DNA of 59,924 nt, filler included, from Platydemus manokwari (lineage: Eukaryota), in the NCBI GenBank assembly GCA_037951405.1. It is 5 parts of 5 records of this genome, joined end to end, with 100 filler letters (N's around TTAATTAATTAA, not from the genome) between each part and the next. Parts side by side here need not be neighbours in the genome. Positions count along the whole stretch, not along the records: positions 22,771 to 31,884 come from JBBMOY011297650.1; positions 31,985 to 46,257 come from JBBMOY011493639.1; 3 more parts are not named here. One strand, given 5' to 3'. Positions 26,432 to 40,400 of this stretch are shown here, piece by piece. The notes beneath the pieces were generated by a model. That model did no database searches and was not told the origin of the DNA. It was given only the letters and a program-made list of their open reading frames with translations. Numbering within the stretch: position 1 is the first letter of the stretch; each line of letters opens with the position of its first letter. The position numbers and the translations under genes were made by a program.

Positions 26432-29400
26432 TTAATTGATGTTTTGAACACGCACTAATGACCGGTTAATTTTTTTCATTACAGATTTAATTTGATCCTA
26501 ATGTGTCGGAAACCGTCGAAATGCGTTGACACACAAATCATCAAACATGAAAATAATTGAAATCCACAAAGCAAAACTATTGATTGGATCTATGTGAGGG
26601 GTGTGGGGCAAATGTGATCTTGGGCAAGAACAAGAGCAACACAATTTATTAAATACAAAATCAATCTTTCATCATCGATAATAATTCTCCCCGACCAACA
26701 TTGAAATGATCTAAAATCGAAAAAGCGAATGTGATAACAGATCTACAAACAAACCAATCAAATCGATTGTGGAAAAATATATGAAATCAAACTTGTCTTT
26801 CTTGTTCGCGGAACCGAATTTATTGATGAAACGTACAAGATTGTTCAATTCATCAACAATATCGATATTGAGCTCTTTCGATTTCGATATCCAATCGTCT
26901 GGGAAACTGTATTTGATCATAGTGACCTTGGAAATGACGTCATTGATGAGAGACATTTCTGATAGGATGACGAGCCCAGTGATGATGTAATTGTTTAGAA
27001 TGCCCTCAATGGCCAATTTGCAAAGGAGATTCGGCTCAATCAATTCATGGAACATCATTATGTTGGTGAATGTCTAACAGAGAAACGTTTCGATAGTTGA
27101 TACGAATCAATCAATTTAAATAAACCTTGATAGCTGCCCAGAGCTGATGTTGGAAAAATTGGAAAGCTGTTCCGGCGAGATTTTCTTTATATCTAAAAAA
27201 AAGTCGAGAGAAACGTTAAAAAATCGATAATAATCAACATCTTGATATCGTTTTGTGAGCATTTTTATTCGTTTGGCCGTACCGCAGTCAAAATTGTGGG
27301 AGATCGATTTTTATGGAAAAAGAAATGAAATACAAAAGAATCGTGAAATATTTCAAGGACAAGACAATATAATACACGATGAAACCAAGAGACTTCAAAG
27401 GAAACGAAAGATCTGAATTCAACAAACGGTAACGCTAAGGGAATAAAAAATGGAAAAATATTTTTGAATTTTAAATATAGCGAAAAAATGTCGAAGAATC
27501 CCAAGAATAGGAAAGAAGAGAAATGGAGAGGGGTTCACTGATCTTCGGAAAATATGGATAAAAGGAACAAACGAATCCTTACTGTTCGATATAGAGTGGG
27601 ATTGCGATGTCCTCAGCTACGCATTCATTAATTCTGCACACAATCGCTTTAATAAGTTCTTTCACGCTGATATTCTTATCGTTGAATGATGGAATTTGGG
27701 AGACGAGTTTTCCAATGAACTTGACGAGATTTTGAGTTTCGGTTTTCGACAGAGGATTCCATATGGAAATCCATTCTGAAATGAAGATTTACAAATAGTT
27801 TTATCATGGGTGATCTTTGTTAGCAGTACCGGTCAATTTGGGAACGATAACTTTATCAAATATCGATGGAATCAGCTTCAAATCGCCATACTCCACTGAT
27901 GAAGTATCAGTGATAATTTCCGTTCCAACAGACTTCTTGGTAAATCCAACCAATGTCTTGAACCAGTTCCATTTATGGAAATGAGGTGTTAATAATGGAT
28001 TCCATGTGATCAGTTCCATTCTAATCAACGGGCTGAGTACATGAGAAAGAAATCCATTGATATAAGCATCTTTATAGTCAACTGAAAATTGGTTCTTCAC
28101 ATCTACAAATTCATCTAAGATCTTTTCAATCGAACAATATTCAGGATCTGTGTCATTGAACAGTTGGAGAGCATCAGATTTTATTTGTTCTATGATCGAA
28201 TATGAAATTAATAGAGCTAAGAAGTTAAATTGACATAATAACCAATAGAATTCTGTTTCTTAAAATAGTAACAAAAACTACCCAATCAGAAATGACTTCA
28301 TGAAAATTATTTAAAATATTCTAATTATATTAAATCAATATTCATGGATCAAATATTCATTGGTGACATCATTTACAAATAATAGTGGTACACTCAAAAT
28401 GAAACATAAAAGCATCAAGTATTTCACCGAATAATTTTCAATAATCTTTAAATATAATGTTAAAGATTTAAAACCTTCTAGATCTCGTTAAAATTATTTT
28501 TTCTTCAATTCCACATTTAACTACGGAAAAAATCTTCCCAGCTTATGCTTATTCGATAACCAATGAAATTGTGTTACTTAAAATAGCAACATCTTTTTAT
28601 TAAAGATTAGCACAAACAGAAGTTGTTTTTAAAAACTAAGACTATATTCACGTTTACAGTGTTTTAATACTTTGGTAATATTTGATTTTTTCAGTTACGT
28701 TGAGGCATTTATTATATAAAATGTTGCTTTAATATTACAAGGAACAAGTATAAAAGAAAAACACCCCACCTATTTCGTTCTGACGGCTACTGATAGCTGA
28801 TTTTGGTTCTTCATCATCGGAACTGAGACCTTCACAATGATTCAAAATGTTCATATTTTCTCGCGTTCTAATCCGTCTCAATCTACGCGACTCTCTATCC
28901 GATATTCTTGATGCCCGATTCGACATTTCAAATGTACTCTGAATGGCCGACGATTTCGTGCTGAGAATAATCTCATCAAATTGATCTTGCACATCTTGTC
29001 GACTGCGTTTAATCAATTTATCGGAACGTTCTTTGTGAATTTTGAGAAATTTCTTTTCCATATAAACGATTTTTTCCATCTGAAAACGACAGCGATTGGT
29101 CGAAAATCAATATTTACAATCATTTTCAAAAACGACACCTTTTCATCGAAACATTCGACCAAAATCGAAATGTATTTGCGGAAATTATTGAAACAATTAT
29201 ATTTCAACTCCAAAATCGGTATTTCGGCTTTGGCCGATGTTGCTTTTTCTTCATTGCTATACAGAGTTTGTTGTTTTTTGAAAACATCTTGATTGTTCTT
29301 CAGTTTGGAATCGTTTATTTCTTCTTTCCTGGAAAATTTATTTTACAAAATTTTATCATTACGAAATAACTTCATTAAACCAAGATTAAAATGAAAATAT

Positions 29401-30453
29401 ATACAGAAATAATGACAATACCAGCTTGATAATAAAAATAATTACCTCTTTATAAGCAATTCCGTCAGCTTTGTTACGGTTAAATCATCGAGACTGATTG
29501 AATTGAGCTCAAATAAAACAGATGATTTAATATTATTCTCGCATATTTCGTTGGTATAGAGTTGCCAATCTATTTTTTTCACTTCTTTCGGTTGATAAAT
29601 ATTCTTAAAGCAACATTTTATACTTATATTAGGTATAATATATGTGTCATACTTTATTAATAGCTTTTTGCAATTGACGAGATTCCCATTCATTTTCTTG
29701 ATCACTATCTCTATCACTGCCATGTTCAACAGATAAGAAATTGTTACGAATAATTTGACGATCTTTTTCAAATGTATTGTTCTGACCAATCATTGCAATT
29801 CTTTCAGAATCATCTGGATTCAATTCATGTTCCGGCAATGTAGACCCTCGTTTAATAAAATTCATGTGTGAACTATCATCTTCAGAAGATGATGAAGAAT
29901 GATTTCTAATTTGTCTTTTAGCTAATTCTCTTTGTTTTTTAGCATGATCAATTGCAGCTGCATCGGGAATGTCACCCTCTACAATTAGTAAAACAATTCT
30001 TCTAAATAATTTATATTACTTTGTATAATATTAACAGCAACATTTGAGGAACCGCATTCATAATATTCTTTCAAATCGTCAATCAATCTAGGAGGAGAGG
30101 GTTGTTTAACAACTAGTTTTATATTATTTTGGACATGAATGTCTAAGTCATCGTGAATAGATGTAACTTCATTCGGAAATTTATTAGGGATTTTTCTGGG
30201 TTCTTTATTCTTATTGGATAATTTTTTACTTTGCGATGACTTTTTTTCTTTAAAAGACTCAGTATCTTCTATATACAAAATTATTAAAATTAAGAAATAT
30301 TAACTGTTAACCCTCCAATTCATCCCCAAAGCTCAGAACTGACCTAGTCTCTACCACTTTGTCATTATTTGATAAATTACATTTCGAACTACTATTTTCA
30401 TCATCCGAATCTATATTTTTATTTCGGTAATTTCTTCGAACAGTTTTAGACAT
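26432..30453 (-). CDS. PAXBP1: PAXBP1/GCFC2-family (GC-rich sequence DNA-binding factor, NTR2-like) protein, multi-exon; 3' end uncertain
   Basis: ATG at 30453 begins MSKTVRRNYRNKNIDSDDE...VLSFGDE. Later segments are DIPDAAAIDHAKKQRE, NEWESRQLQKAI, FRKYISILVECFDEK, RESRRLRR...HCEGLSSDDEE, YKDAYI...SPLIRMELITWNPL, IFDKVIVPKLT and WISIWNPLSKTETQNL, collinear with PAXBP1. The last exon could end near 26430-26710. Confidence 0.88.
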
Positions 30454-31884
30454 AACCAACGAATATTTAAACAAAAGTAAATCATCTAATTTTTTATTTG
30501 AATTTTTATTTTGAACATTCTAATTTTTGAAGATTAAGAAATTTTGAGTTTAAGAAATCAATTAATATTTATATAACTTTTCAACATTTTAATTTTATAA
30601 TTAATCATATTTTTAATTAAAAGTTTTTAAAAAAAGAAATAGTTTTCATTGTTTTTATACCTCTGTAGAAATGTAGTCACTCAAGATAATATTATGATAA
30701 ACTTGAAGTTAGAATCAATTTAGAGAATCCTACGGAATAAAAAAATTTATAATATTTGTATCCGTGAAATTTCATGAATATTATTACAATAAATCAAATA
30801 TATTAACGCTCTGAATGACTCAAATTTATATGTAAATAACCAGTATTTAAATTAGATCAAGAAATGTTTTAACTTTGCAATCAAAGACCGACTTTATAAA
30901 TAAAACTATTTTAAATTAATTTTATTATTTAGAATTAAGAAATTAAAAATTATTTAATTAATTTCAACTTAATTTATTTAAAAACCACCAGATATGGTAC
31001 TATGAGAATCATATGTTTTGCGATCCTACGTGTCTTTGTATTTCATTATTTTATGTTGTACTATTCACACTCTTGGATATTGTCTTCGTCATATGAGTTT
31101 GTGGTTTTGATGACCGGCCAGTAGTATTTAACTTTATGGCTTAGATCATGCTTTGCACTGATCACTTTAACTCTGGTTTACATACCAGGGTGATAGCTAC
31201 TATTTTATCTTCACAATCAAAAAAGGTGATGAGATTACAGAAATTGATGATCGCAGCGAAAAGAATCCGTAAGCCCACTTGGTTTCAATTTAATTAAAAT
31301 TTATTTAATATTAGTTTAGCTACTCATGCACCTATAAAATGACAAGTGATTCTGCAATTTTAGAATCGACATGGCTTGTAAAAGTCCGTTGTAATATTGG
31401 AACAAAACCGTATAACACCATTGATACCACCTTTATAAATATGAAATATACCGAAGATAAATGGATATGATTTTATATTCAATGAATGCATACTTATAAT
31501 CTGCAAACTGTATTATAATTTAGCAAATATTTTTTTGAAATTTATATTGTTAAAATACACACCATATACTCCTATGGATACAGTGCGCAATAGTCACGGT
31601 AATGATTATTTGTCAAACTTTTGGATGACTAGTGTTTTAATTTCACATTGTCAATGCAGTGGTATTTAAAATAGGCTAATTAAAATGGTTACGATTAGAA
31701 GGATGTAGGCACTACAAATTAATATCAAGTAAAACATAAAGAGAGCAGAAAAGGCTTTAACAAGATAAAGATACATAAAATTTGTTAGACATATACTGGT
31801 CGACAAGATATTGTGGGGAACTAACCAGGCCATTTTGAGCCAACCAAACTAACTAAAAATAAGAATAAATTAATATAAATTTTT

Positions 31885-31984
31885 NNNNNNNNNNNNNNNN
31901 NNNNNNNNNNNNNNNNNNNNNNNNNNNNTTAATTAATTAANNNNNNNNNNNNNNNNNNNNNNNNNNNNNNNNNNNNNNNNNNNN
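31885..31984. other. Artificial contig spacer (44N-TTAATTAATTAA-44N)
   Basis: Identical to the other spacers. It cuts a ceramide synthase exon in mid-frame. Confidence 0.97.
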
Positions 31985-34900
31985 CGTAGCCAATGTTTGC
32001 CAGAAATCGATTAATTGCTACGTTGCGGTCTGTACGGGATTTCAAATAAACATTGATTTTGGTGAATTCGAGAAAAATATCTGCAATATCGTGCAAATAT
32101 AGAACGAGCATTCCGACCATATGATAACTATTGTTAATATCGATTAATTTTTATTATTATTCAACCGAACCACCTCACCGCATTATAAATGAGAAGCCTA
32201 TTAAGAAAATCGTCAACATGTGATGTACTATTAGCATATTTGAATCGGTTCGCCAAGCGTCTAATTTCAAGGTTGCATATATAGAATGAATATAAAAACC
32301 CAATTGCAGTATATACACCAAATATATATCAGAAGGAATGTCTGACTTGAGAATATCATCTGAAATCAAATATTTCTCAATCAAATCGAAGTTCAATCGA
32401 CTCAAAAACAATTCAAACTCGTAAACGTCAGACCCTTCCATATCCGTAATGGATATTCATAGATTGTGTAATTACCACTACTGATGATGCAATACCTTGA
32501 CAGTGACCAGAAACACGAATAAACGAACGTCTTCCACATGGACTCATTGAACTTTGATCGTTCAGCTGGTCTGACTGCTAACCATTGTCCAATGGGCTGA
32601 GATAATTATAAACTCAAATATAACTAACTCCTATTTTCAGAAAAACAATAACATTATAAATAATATCTTATAAATATAAATGATTATATATTTACTGAAA
32701 ATTTTGAAAATGAAATCATGTATTTTTACAAATGCTGACCACTTCCTTTGCCGTGTATGACAATGGTTGTGATTTATATGATAGGGAGTTCTGTTATGCC
32801 ATGTTAATGAGTACAAAGCTCAATGAAACGGTGTATCTGTAGACTCTAATAAAATATTAATATTTATAAAAACAAAGGAATAAAAATAATAATAATAATA
32901 TAATACATACTAATAATAATATATAATAAGTGATTTGATTGGCGCATTATATTTATTCACTTAGTTACTGAAATATAGCAGCTATTTCTAACTGACTGAA
33001 ATAAGATTAGAAAAAATGATGTCTATCTGATGTATTTAGATAAATCAAATATTTATATTATCCAAAAATACCACCCATCAATGAGATCAAGGATATTTAT
33101 CATATTATTAACCATTTACAGAAATTACATAATGATGAACACATTATTGATTTGGTTTTTGCTTTGATTTTTTCGACATTTGTTATCCCTTGGTCTGAAA
33201 ATTACTTTCATATTTCTGATGGAATTTTACCATTAAATATTATTAAATCCTAATTATTGATTTTATATTATTTCAAGGTTACGAGGATGAAGCCATTTGA
33301 ACTATTATATATTTCAACAAGCAGTTTGCCTACGGACATACTTGGTTGTTCTTGCGACTCACCAGTATCAGATATAACCTCAATTCCACAATTTCATTAT
33401 CTTCGGCAATCCCAACGAGCGTTATTTATCAAACACACAAATTTGTGGATCATAAATTAGTTCCATTATTTAAAAGTAAAACCAGGAATCTTCCTGTGAG
33501 TAGCATGAAACGTCATCGATTAACTAGGAATAGTACTGGTATTGTTAAGAAAATTAAAAGATTTGAAATAATCAATATCTTTCTAGATAATCCTGATAAC
33601 CAAATAATGACCCTTAGTACCCCTGTTTTATATCAATTACATATTCATTCCTACGCCGAACAATCAGAATAGTATTAAAATGGAAAGTCCAATTCGACGA
33701 AACACATGCTCACACGATGACACAACCATAGGGATTAACCAATATCAGATCGAGAAAATTAAGAACCCCAATGAAATTTTCAGAAACCCAAATTGAACTG
33801 TCGTATCAAACACAAACCTTTGATTATAAATACGCCCACACATAAATTAAATAATATTTACTGATATAGAAAATAAAAAAATTATATTTTTATAAATACT
33901 CTGATCAGCTGGTTAGATTCAATATAAGTTAATAATGATTTATAAGGCCCAAAAAATCCACTACTTTGATTATCGCCATTTCTATGAAAATCCAACATTC
34001 TAATTATTATAATTCCAATAACAATAATCAGAAAAGTGATTTTGCGGAATCTAAATATTAGATAACACTCTATTGCGGAGACGGTGACTCGTTGTGGAAT
34101 AAGAAATAATCAAAAAAATTCATGTCGATTAAATAATACAAATAGCCATTTGATGTTGTCATTGACAACGGCTTGGGAAAAATAATATCCCATTTTTCCA
34201 TTCAAAAAACATTAAATAATATTTTCGAAATCAATAATCAATTTCATCGATAAAATAATTTTCCATATCAAAATCCTTTCAACACAAAAATGTACAATCC
34301 ACTGAAAATCAGACCAAATATGAATGTCTAACCAAAATAAAAGCAACATGATAAATATAAATCGATGATAATTGATTGTGAAATCTGATATTAGATTGAG
34401 ACAAAAAAATATCAGATGACGCATTCAATGATTAATGAGAAGAATCGATTTTTAATCGATAAGATTGGATAAATTTCGTTTCGAGAAAATGAGAATCTAT
34501 TTGTGTAAATGGAGCGGTAAATGATTAACAGTAATTCATAAAATATCATTAACAAATAAATAATATTTAATATTCATCAATAAAATCGAGTCAATGCCCA
34601 ATATTTTTGTTTGTGATCTATTGTCGATCAATTTATGATTTGATCGATAATTGTTATTCATATAGAGTCAATGGTCTTCTATTACCATCATTACAAACAT
34701 CGATAAGATATTGAGTGCAATTTTAGCGGTAATAATAAACTTAATCATCGGAAAAAAAAATTGATCATATACTATAAGTAAAAAATTTAATAAAATTCGG
34801 AAATCAAATTTTGTCGGTTCTTGACAACATTAGTAGAGTATTAAACAATAAATTAAAACTAAAGTTGTCAATATGATTTTTACATAAATCTATAATGATT

Positions 34901-35197
34901 GACAATTTATCAAATATATAAAAAAATCTCAATTACATTCAAAATCAACTTCGTTGCCGTAAATCGAAAAATGGTAAAAAATGCTGCAACCATGACAACA
35001 GTAAATACATCTGACATCTTTATGGAATTGATTATTTCAATTGGAAAATAATAGTCACAAGGATACCGGGTGAAGTTTAAACCGAATTCTTGAAATGAAA
35101 TCCATGTCTTATTTAAAAACTCAAAATAACCGGGTATAGGATCGTCACAATATTTTTCCAGGGACTTGGCATAAATCATTTCTTCTTCAGAAATCAT
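31985..35197 (-). CDS. CERS1: Ceramide synthase, CERS1/LASS1-like (TLC domain, no homeobox-like domain seen), 3'-partial; exons ~35197-34937, 32596-32434, 32359-32179, ~32127-31985
   Basis: DPIPGYFEF, KFNESMWK, QLGFYIHSIYATLKLDAWRTDSNMLIVHHMLT (Lag1 motif di-His) and GMLVLYLHDIADIFLEFTKINVYLK closely follow CERS1. Confidence 0.92.
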
Positions 35198-37049
35198 CGT
35201 GAACAATTTTACTTGAACCTTGATTTACAAAAATGAAAAATAAAAATCGATACTTGTGAATGCACTATTTTAAAATTGTTTATTGAAGTATTTGGATTAA
35301 ACAAAGATCGATTATTTTTTTTGACAATAGTTGTTTCTATAAATTTATTCAGAACTTTTTTCGTATTATTTTATGAAGTAAATTTTAAAATTTATTGAAA
35401 ATAAGATTGAAAAATAAATTCGAGCGTGAATTTGAAATAAATCAGTGTAAGAATAATTCTTCCTGGATTTTGGATAGGTGCGGGTTGTTTATTGTGAATT
35501 CGTGATTTAACCTTTGATATAAATATCCAAGATTAAAATAGTTTTTAAATTATCGTCTTGATTAAAGGATATTAATCAAGATTTTATGGTCCATAAATCA
35601 ATTTGCGATCCTTTAAATGACTTAGTCATTTTGATCATGGACACCCTAAGTCAAATCATATCGTTGGCGGAACAATCACTTTTGAGTCACAATAACGATC
35701 TTATTTATCATCATTATACTTAATTTTATCAATCAGAAATTTCATATCGTCATTAATTCCTGATGAAAACACATTCATGGTGACTTAAAGAGTGGTTTTT
35801 AAACTGATCTTGGAAGAATACATGAAAAATTCCACTGTTTCGTTTGACATCTATAATTAAGGGATCTTATCACAAATTCACTTAACTTCAGAAAACAATA
35901 CCAACTTCAAATGAATTTATTTTTTAAAATTGAAGTGTTTTCTTTGAGATACAAATATCATTTCCTCACAAGTTTAACGTCAGAAATCTGGACCATTAAT
36001 AAAATTTCTAGCATTTTTTTCAAAAGTCTAAAATGTAAATAAATCACAAAAGACTAATCCTAATGCCAAAAGAACGTATTTGATAACTATAAATACGCAA
36101 ATCTATATTTCTATTTCAAATAAATGGCCAAAGTCCCAAAAGTCTTGGAAAAATCAAAAATCTAAAACCAGATTTAAAATCACTGCAAAATATAAATCAG
36201 AGATACCCATTTTATTCAAGGGACAAAACTTGTTGAAATATTGTTGACCCCTTTTGATTAAAAAGATTTTAATTAAAATTTATTTATGTTTGACGTTTGC
36301 TTATATAACGCAATTAATTATCCTTTAAAATAACCTTGTTACGATTGCAATAACTATTTATTCAAAAACGTTAGATTTAATGATTACTTTGACAAGTTAA
36401 GGTGATATAATAACTTAACATTGCTATAATAATCGATGAGGAATTTCCGAAAATTGACTAATATATCATATCTACTCAATTGGTGATCAAAAATTCCCTT
36501 CAAAATATTCTACTCTTGCTTCCCACTGGTGAAAGAAGTCCTCATTGGAAGTCAACATAATTAATTAGTAAAAGTCTCGTCTAGAATTAGCGGTTTGTTA
36601 TTCCTATCTTCTTGGTATTGGATTGAAGGTCTCTTCGTCAGCTCATCGTCACTATCATTGTCTTTGACAGAATGACCTTAATGCTGATTTGGTTGATGAA
36701 GTTTGGTTGGAGTCAAGCTTCTTTTATACTGGACAGTTTGTTGTTCTTCAGGTTACAAATACTTCATCAATAAAGGTATGCAATAAATTGTTAAATTTAA
36801 TCACATCTATTTGATAAACCAATCGAGATCGGCATATTTTTTCAATGTTTCTTCTGTGACCAATCTTCATTAATCTTGTTTCGTCCATTGGGCAATTGAC
36901 GTCAACTAAGAGATTTGTGGAGCCATTTCGCTAGCAATTTTGAAGTTTACTCTCATTACTCTCAACATTAAGAATGAACGGAAGGCCACATTCAATAGGT
37001 TTAAATTTAAATCCATGTGGACGTAAATTGGTAAGAAGGATTAATAATC

Positions 37050-37420
37050 TCTTGTTAAAAACGCTGGTTTTGAAAATAATCGAGTTATCTTCAGGATAGT
37101 CAAGACATTATATAAGGTAGTTGGCATAAATAAGAGGGCCTTGTTGACAAAGATCCATTTTGACGAGAATCGAGGACAATGAAAAGCAACATCAAGATTA
37201 GCATCTTTGTCTGGTACCCTTAAATATCTTAATTGGGTCTGTCAGAAAATCCCCGCAAGAGAAAAAAATGCTACCTTAGGAGTATAAGCTACATCGATAC
37301 TAACTTCATAGATTGCTACCAGGATAGTAAAAATTGCTTCATAGCTGATTAAGGGAAATCGTCTTTGATATGCACAAAGGTGATGTGAATATCATCTTTC
37401 GTCTTGATGTAACATTTTTC
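37050..37420 (-). mobile_element. Decayed non-LTR retrotransposon reverse transcriptase (element may span ~36600-38260)
   Basis: The minus strand shows FVHIKDDFP*/ISYEAIF (cf. FLDxKDAFPSISH), DPIKIFKGTRQRC*S (cf. KGVRQGCPLS) and GPLIYANYLI (cf. LAYADDLV) in RT order, with stops and frameshifts. Confidence 0.65.
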
Positions 37421-40400
37421 TAAAAGTGCTGGCGGTAAAAAGTTATGTTCCACATTATATTTTTCTATTTGATTTTGTATTTTCCCGAAGCACTGGAATC
37501 CTTTTTCTTTAGCTCACAGGAAACTTCTTCCGTTACTACTTTTTATAGGCTAAATCTGGGATCATTTTTGACGAATCCTATGAGAAATCAGCTGTTTGAA
37601 CAAGGCTTTAAAATTGGGCTTTCCTCACCTGATGAGAAGTATTAATCGTGTTGATTAAGTTTTATATAAAATATGATACAATTCGTGGTAATGTTATTAA
37701 TTATTTTTGATCAAACCGTAACTTTCTCAAGATGCTGTTATTTTTCTCAATATTAAAAGATCCGATTGCACTTGCCACAAAATAAAATAATTTAACTGAC
37801 CAATCAAGCTTTGCTTTTCAATGAATTTCGTCAATTCTCGTACTGTCCTAATTTTCTTTTGTTAGCATATTTCATAAGCACGAACTGGCTCTTTGGTCAT
37901 TTAACATCGATAGTTGGTTAATGTTCAGTCATTTTGTATTTTTAAATCATTTTAGGCTAGACTTAGTACACTGACATTCTTTCTCCGCAAAGACTTTCCA
38001 ATTGATGTTATCGACAATTTCACTTGTCAGTAAACTCATGATTTTTTATGACCGTAACTGAAGAAATATTATACAAAAATGCACATGGTAGCAATCTGAG
38101 TTTGGGACTTGATTTCATGCAGACATTGATGGAATTTTGATTTGGTGATATTATCGTTTCAAATTTACCAATATAAACTGACATATTTCCTATTTATCTG
38201 AGCAAGTCTCATCCCTGAATTGGTTTTACTCCTTTGTGGATATTATTGATCATAAAGCTTTTCTGTGAATTACAAGGATTTAATCGGCTTTACGGTATAT
38301 ACATGTATTATTTAAAAATCAATTATGACTGTTGTAACATATTTTTGTATCAAAGAAAGGTGTTCCGGACGAGATTTTGATAGATTAATCATTTCAAAAA
38401 TCTATCATGCTCACCTTTAATTCAGTATCTTTTTGACGCTTGTCATTGTGTTAAAGTTGTAAAGTGGAAAGTCAATAAAATAGTCATTGAGATTATTTTA
38501 AAAAAATTGTGTAATTACCGTTGGAGAGTTCGGAACAATATAAATCAATTGATTTTATGATAATAAAATTTTGATAAACTCAATGCTTAACATTATATAT
38601 TCATTATATATTATATATTATATGTTCATTATATATTATAACCTTATCAATTTTAGTCATATTTAGTCAACTGTCAAAGGAGATTGGTGATAACCATTTA
38701 AAAATATGTGATGTTTGGGGAAATTTATCAAATTTATCAGATTTATCAGCGATTTATCTGATAAGTTTTTAGAATCTTATTTTGTCAAAGTTATCATAAA
38801 ATCTAATATTTATGGAATAAATAATTAGTATTATTCTGGATAATTTCATTTGGATTTTCATTTAATGATTGGAGATTGAGAAGAATCATTATTCATATAT
38901 TAACGAATCACTGAATCTTTAAATAATCCGAACGGTTTTATTATGACAGCTTCCATTAACAAACTTAATATGATATGTGTAGACAATGTTAAATGATTTA
39001 TTCTGTGTATAAGTATTTTGTTAATAAGTATTGATAAAAAATATAAGACATTTTGATGCTTATAGTGAAATATTTTGAATATTTATTTCGATGTGAAAAA
39101 GTTCGAAATAGTATTGTTGGATCATCCACCCAGTAGTTACACAACATGAACTAAGCTTTAATCTCATAACCCATAACAGAACATAGCCGACAAATCCCTG
39201 ACTATGGACAGCACAAAACAATAGAGCAGCACAGCTTAGCAGAGCTGAGACAGAATCGATTATTGACAAATAATGTTTGAACAGTGATGTTTTGATGATT
39301 ATTAACGAATAACATTTGATCAATGAAATTTTAATTGATGTGTTATTCTTATGAAAAATTGTTATTGACAATGATATTGGAGTAAAAATTATGATGTTAT
39401 GTGAATTATTGATTAGCTATAATAAATTGTGTGAAATGATGATATTATTTATCGGGATTATAATCAATTTATTTTTATTTTTTATTTAAAAAGAAAAAGA
39501 GAGAATGATTTCGACCGAGTTGTAATAATAATTAAAATAGAATAAATTAAATAATTAATAAAAATAAAAATATAATTAACACGAGGAAAATAGACCATAT
39601 TAAAAAAATATACGAATAAAAATAACAACATATTTAAAACTACTCGAATAAACATTAAATTAAATGAAGAGAATGCAAAGTTATTAATGGCCATTCCTGA
39701 AAATAAGCGGAATTATCTTGTAGCCGTGAAATGAGGGGTATAAATGGATCGTCGAAAAACGAAGCACCACTACTTAGCAACTTAACTAACGCACTACGAC
39801 AAAACTTGAAACAATCCGAAACAATTCAATTGAATTTATCACTATTGTTATTCCCAGAATACACATCGGGAATATTCTTGGTTTATTAGCATTCGAACAT
39901 ATTATTTTCATTTGGATCTTGATTGAAATTTATCTGAGCGAACTAAGGATAATTTCTATATTTAAATTGTATCTCACATTATTATAGTAACGACATTTTA
40001 AGTTAATATTTACTAAATTTGATTAGACATCTCTGTCGAAATTAATTTCTCCTTAAAATTTTGCCCTCTACTCCGACCGTTACTGATTTTTCAAATACTC
40101 ACTTTCGCAGCGTGTTGAGTATTGTTGCTTTTTGTTTTCATAAATAAAGTTTATAATAACCAAAGCCTTGTGATTGATTTAGAGTAACCACCATTATATG
40201 AGTATAAGACAACATTTGATACAAGATAGAGTCATAACCAATTAAACATATATTTTAAATTCAGAAGTTCATTGACATGTGGCTATACTCAGTCATTTCA
40301 TCAACAATTTGAAATAATTAAAAATCAGGAAACAATATCTCAGTTTAAATATCCTTCAGATAAATTCAGTAATAAACATATTATTCAAACACATAATTCA

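Noticed and set aside
4339-35197. Lipid-metabolism cluster (HMGCR plus ceramide synthase)
   Set aside because: They are separated by three artificial spacers, so co-occurrence is probably chance.
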